Positions 31,844 to 32,000 of a stretch of DNA of 32,000 nucleotides are shown here, in pieces. The notes under the pieces are model-generated. The model had not been told where the DNA came from and did not search any database. It worked only from the letters and a program-made list of their open reading frames with translations. The DNA is from Methylorubrum extorquens (GTDB lineage Bacteria; Pseudomonadota; Alphaproteobacteria; Rhizobiales; Beijerinckiaceae), in NCBI GenBank assembly GCA_900234795.1, contig LT962688.1, positions 4,020,001 to 4,052,000 on the forward strand, written 5' to 3'. Within the stretch, counting starts at the first letter, position 1. Each line of letters opens with the position of its first letter. The translations under genes were made by a program, and so were the position numbers.

Positions 31844-32000
31844 ACACGTTCGCGGTCAGCATGCACAGTGAAGGGCATTTCTTTGCCAGTTCTCCGAACG
31901 GACAGCGCTTATTGCCGAGAACGATGCGCTGCTCCGATTCGTCCATGACGTAGAAATCGCTGCCGATCCGCTGCTTCATGTCGAGCAGAGCGTCGACCAT
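31692..32000 (-). CDS. Cys-rich sensory/output-domain protein (MetOD1- or V4R-like), possibly 5'-truncated by the window edge
   Basis: GNKRCPFGELAKKCPSLCMLTANVCGHLAAESQGYARVDLPETIAAGASECRVVINLD. The CPF...CPxLC...CG...C pattern matches my recollection of methanogen-output-domain-1-type proteins. The window ends exactly on an in-frame ATG, so the true start may lie further right. Confidence 0.45.
   Translation of the reverse strand: MVDALLDMKQRIGSDFYVMDESEQRIVLGNKRCPFGELAKKCPSLCMLTANVCGHLAAESQGYARVDLPETIAAGASECRVVINLDPNTTGSGRRYHRRAWA

Overview
High-GC DNA with strong GC3 codon bias. Gene content looks alphaproteobacterial, possibly Methylobacterium or another Rhizobiales member, but that is a guess from composition and gene types only.

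Layout, left to right:
(1) The 3' end of a large repeat-protein gene.
(2) An orphan 3' piece of tRNA-Gly(CCC) next to a truncated, inactivated IS3-family element. This may be an island boundary or a deletion scar.
(3) A membrane CHASE3-like/GAF/GGDEF cyclase, a DMT transporter, a twice-frameshifted quinone-oxidoreductase pseudogene and a beta-propeller gene remnant.
(4) A run of four LysR regulators, each next to small redox or detoxification genes: cupin and ABM monooxygenase; MDR reductase and isochorismatase-like hydrolase; DoxX and LLM oxidoreductase; NmrA. An L,D-transpeptidase lipoprotein and a VOC/glyoxalase gene sit among them.
(5) Two long non-coding gaps around the VOC gene. They carry paralogous ~100-nt structured blocks and three minus-strand intrinsic terminators, two of which are identical. 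These are candidate small RNAs.
(6) A translationally coupled pair of sensor kinases. One is a soluble 1,937-aa poly-HAMP hybrid kinase built on eight near-identical 276-bp tandem repeats. The other has a REC-PAS-HK-REC architecture.
(7) A SAM methyltransferase and a secreted alpha/beta hydrolase.
(8) A Cys-rich MetOD1/V4R-like ORF, a HisKA_3 kinase and a NarL-type regulator, with a suspicious ~120-150 nt ORF overlap.

I found no CRISPR array, rRNA, intact tRNA, recognisable phage genes or known defence genes. The most unusual items are the poly-HAMP phosphorelay, the paralogous terminator-capped RNA-like elements, the tRNA/IS scar and the Cys-rich-domain two-component module. All protein calls rest on motif recognition by eye, since no database search was possible. 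Coordinates derived by counting may be off by a base or two.
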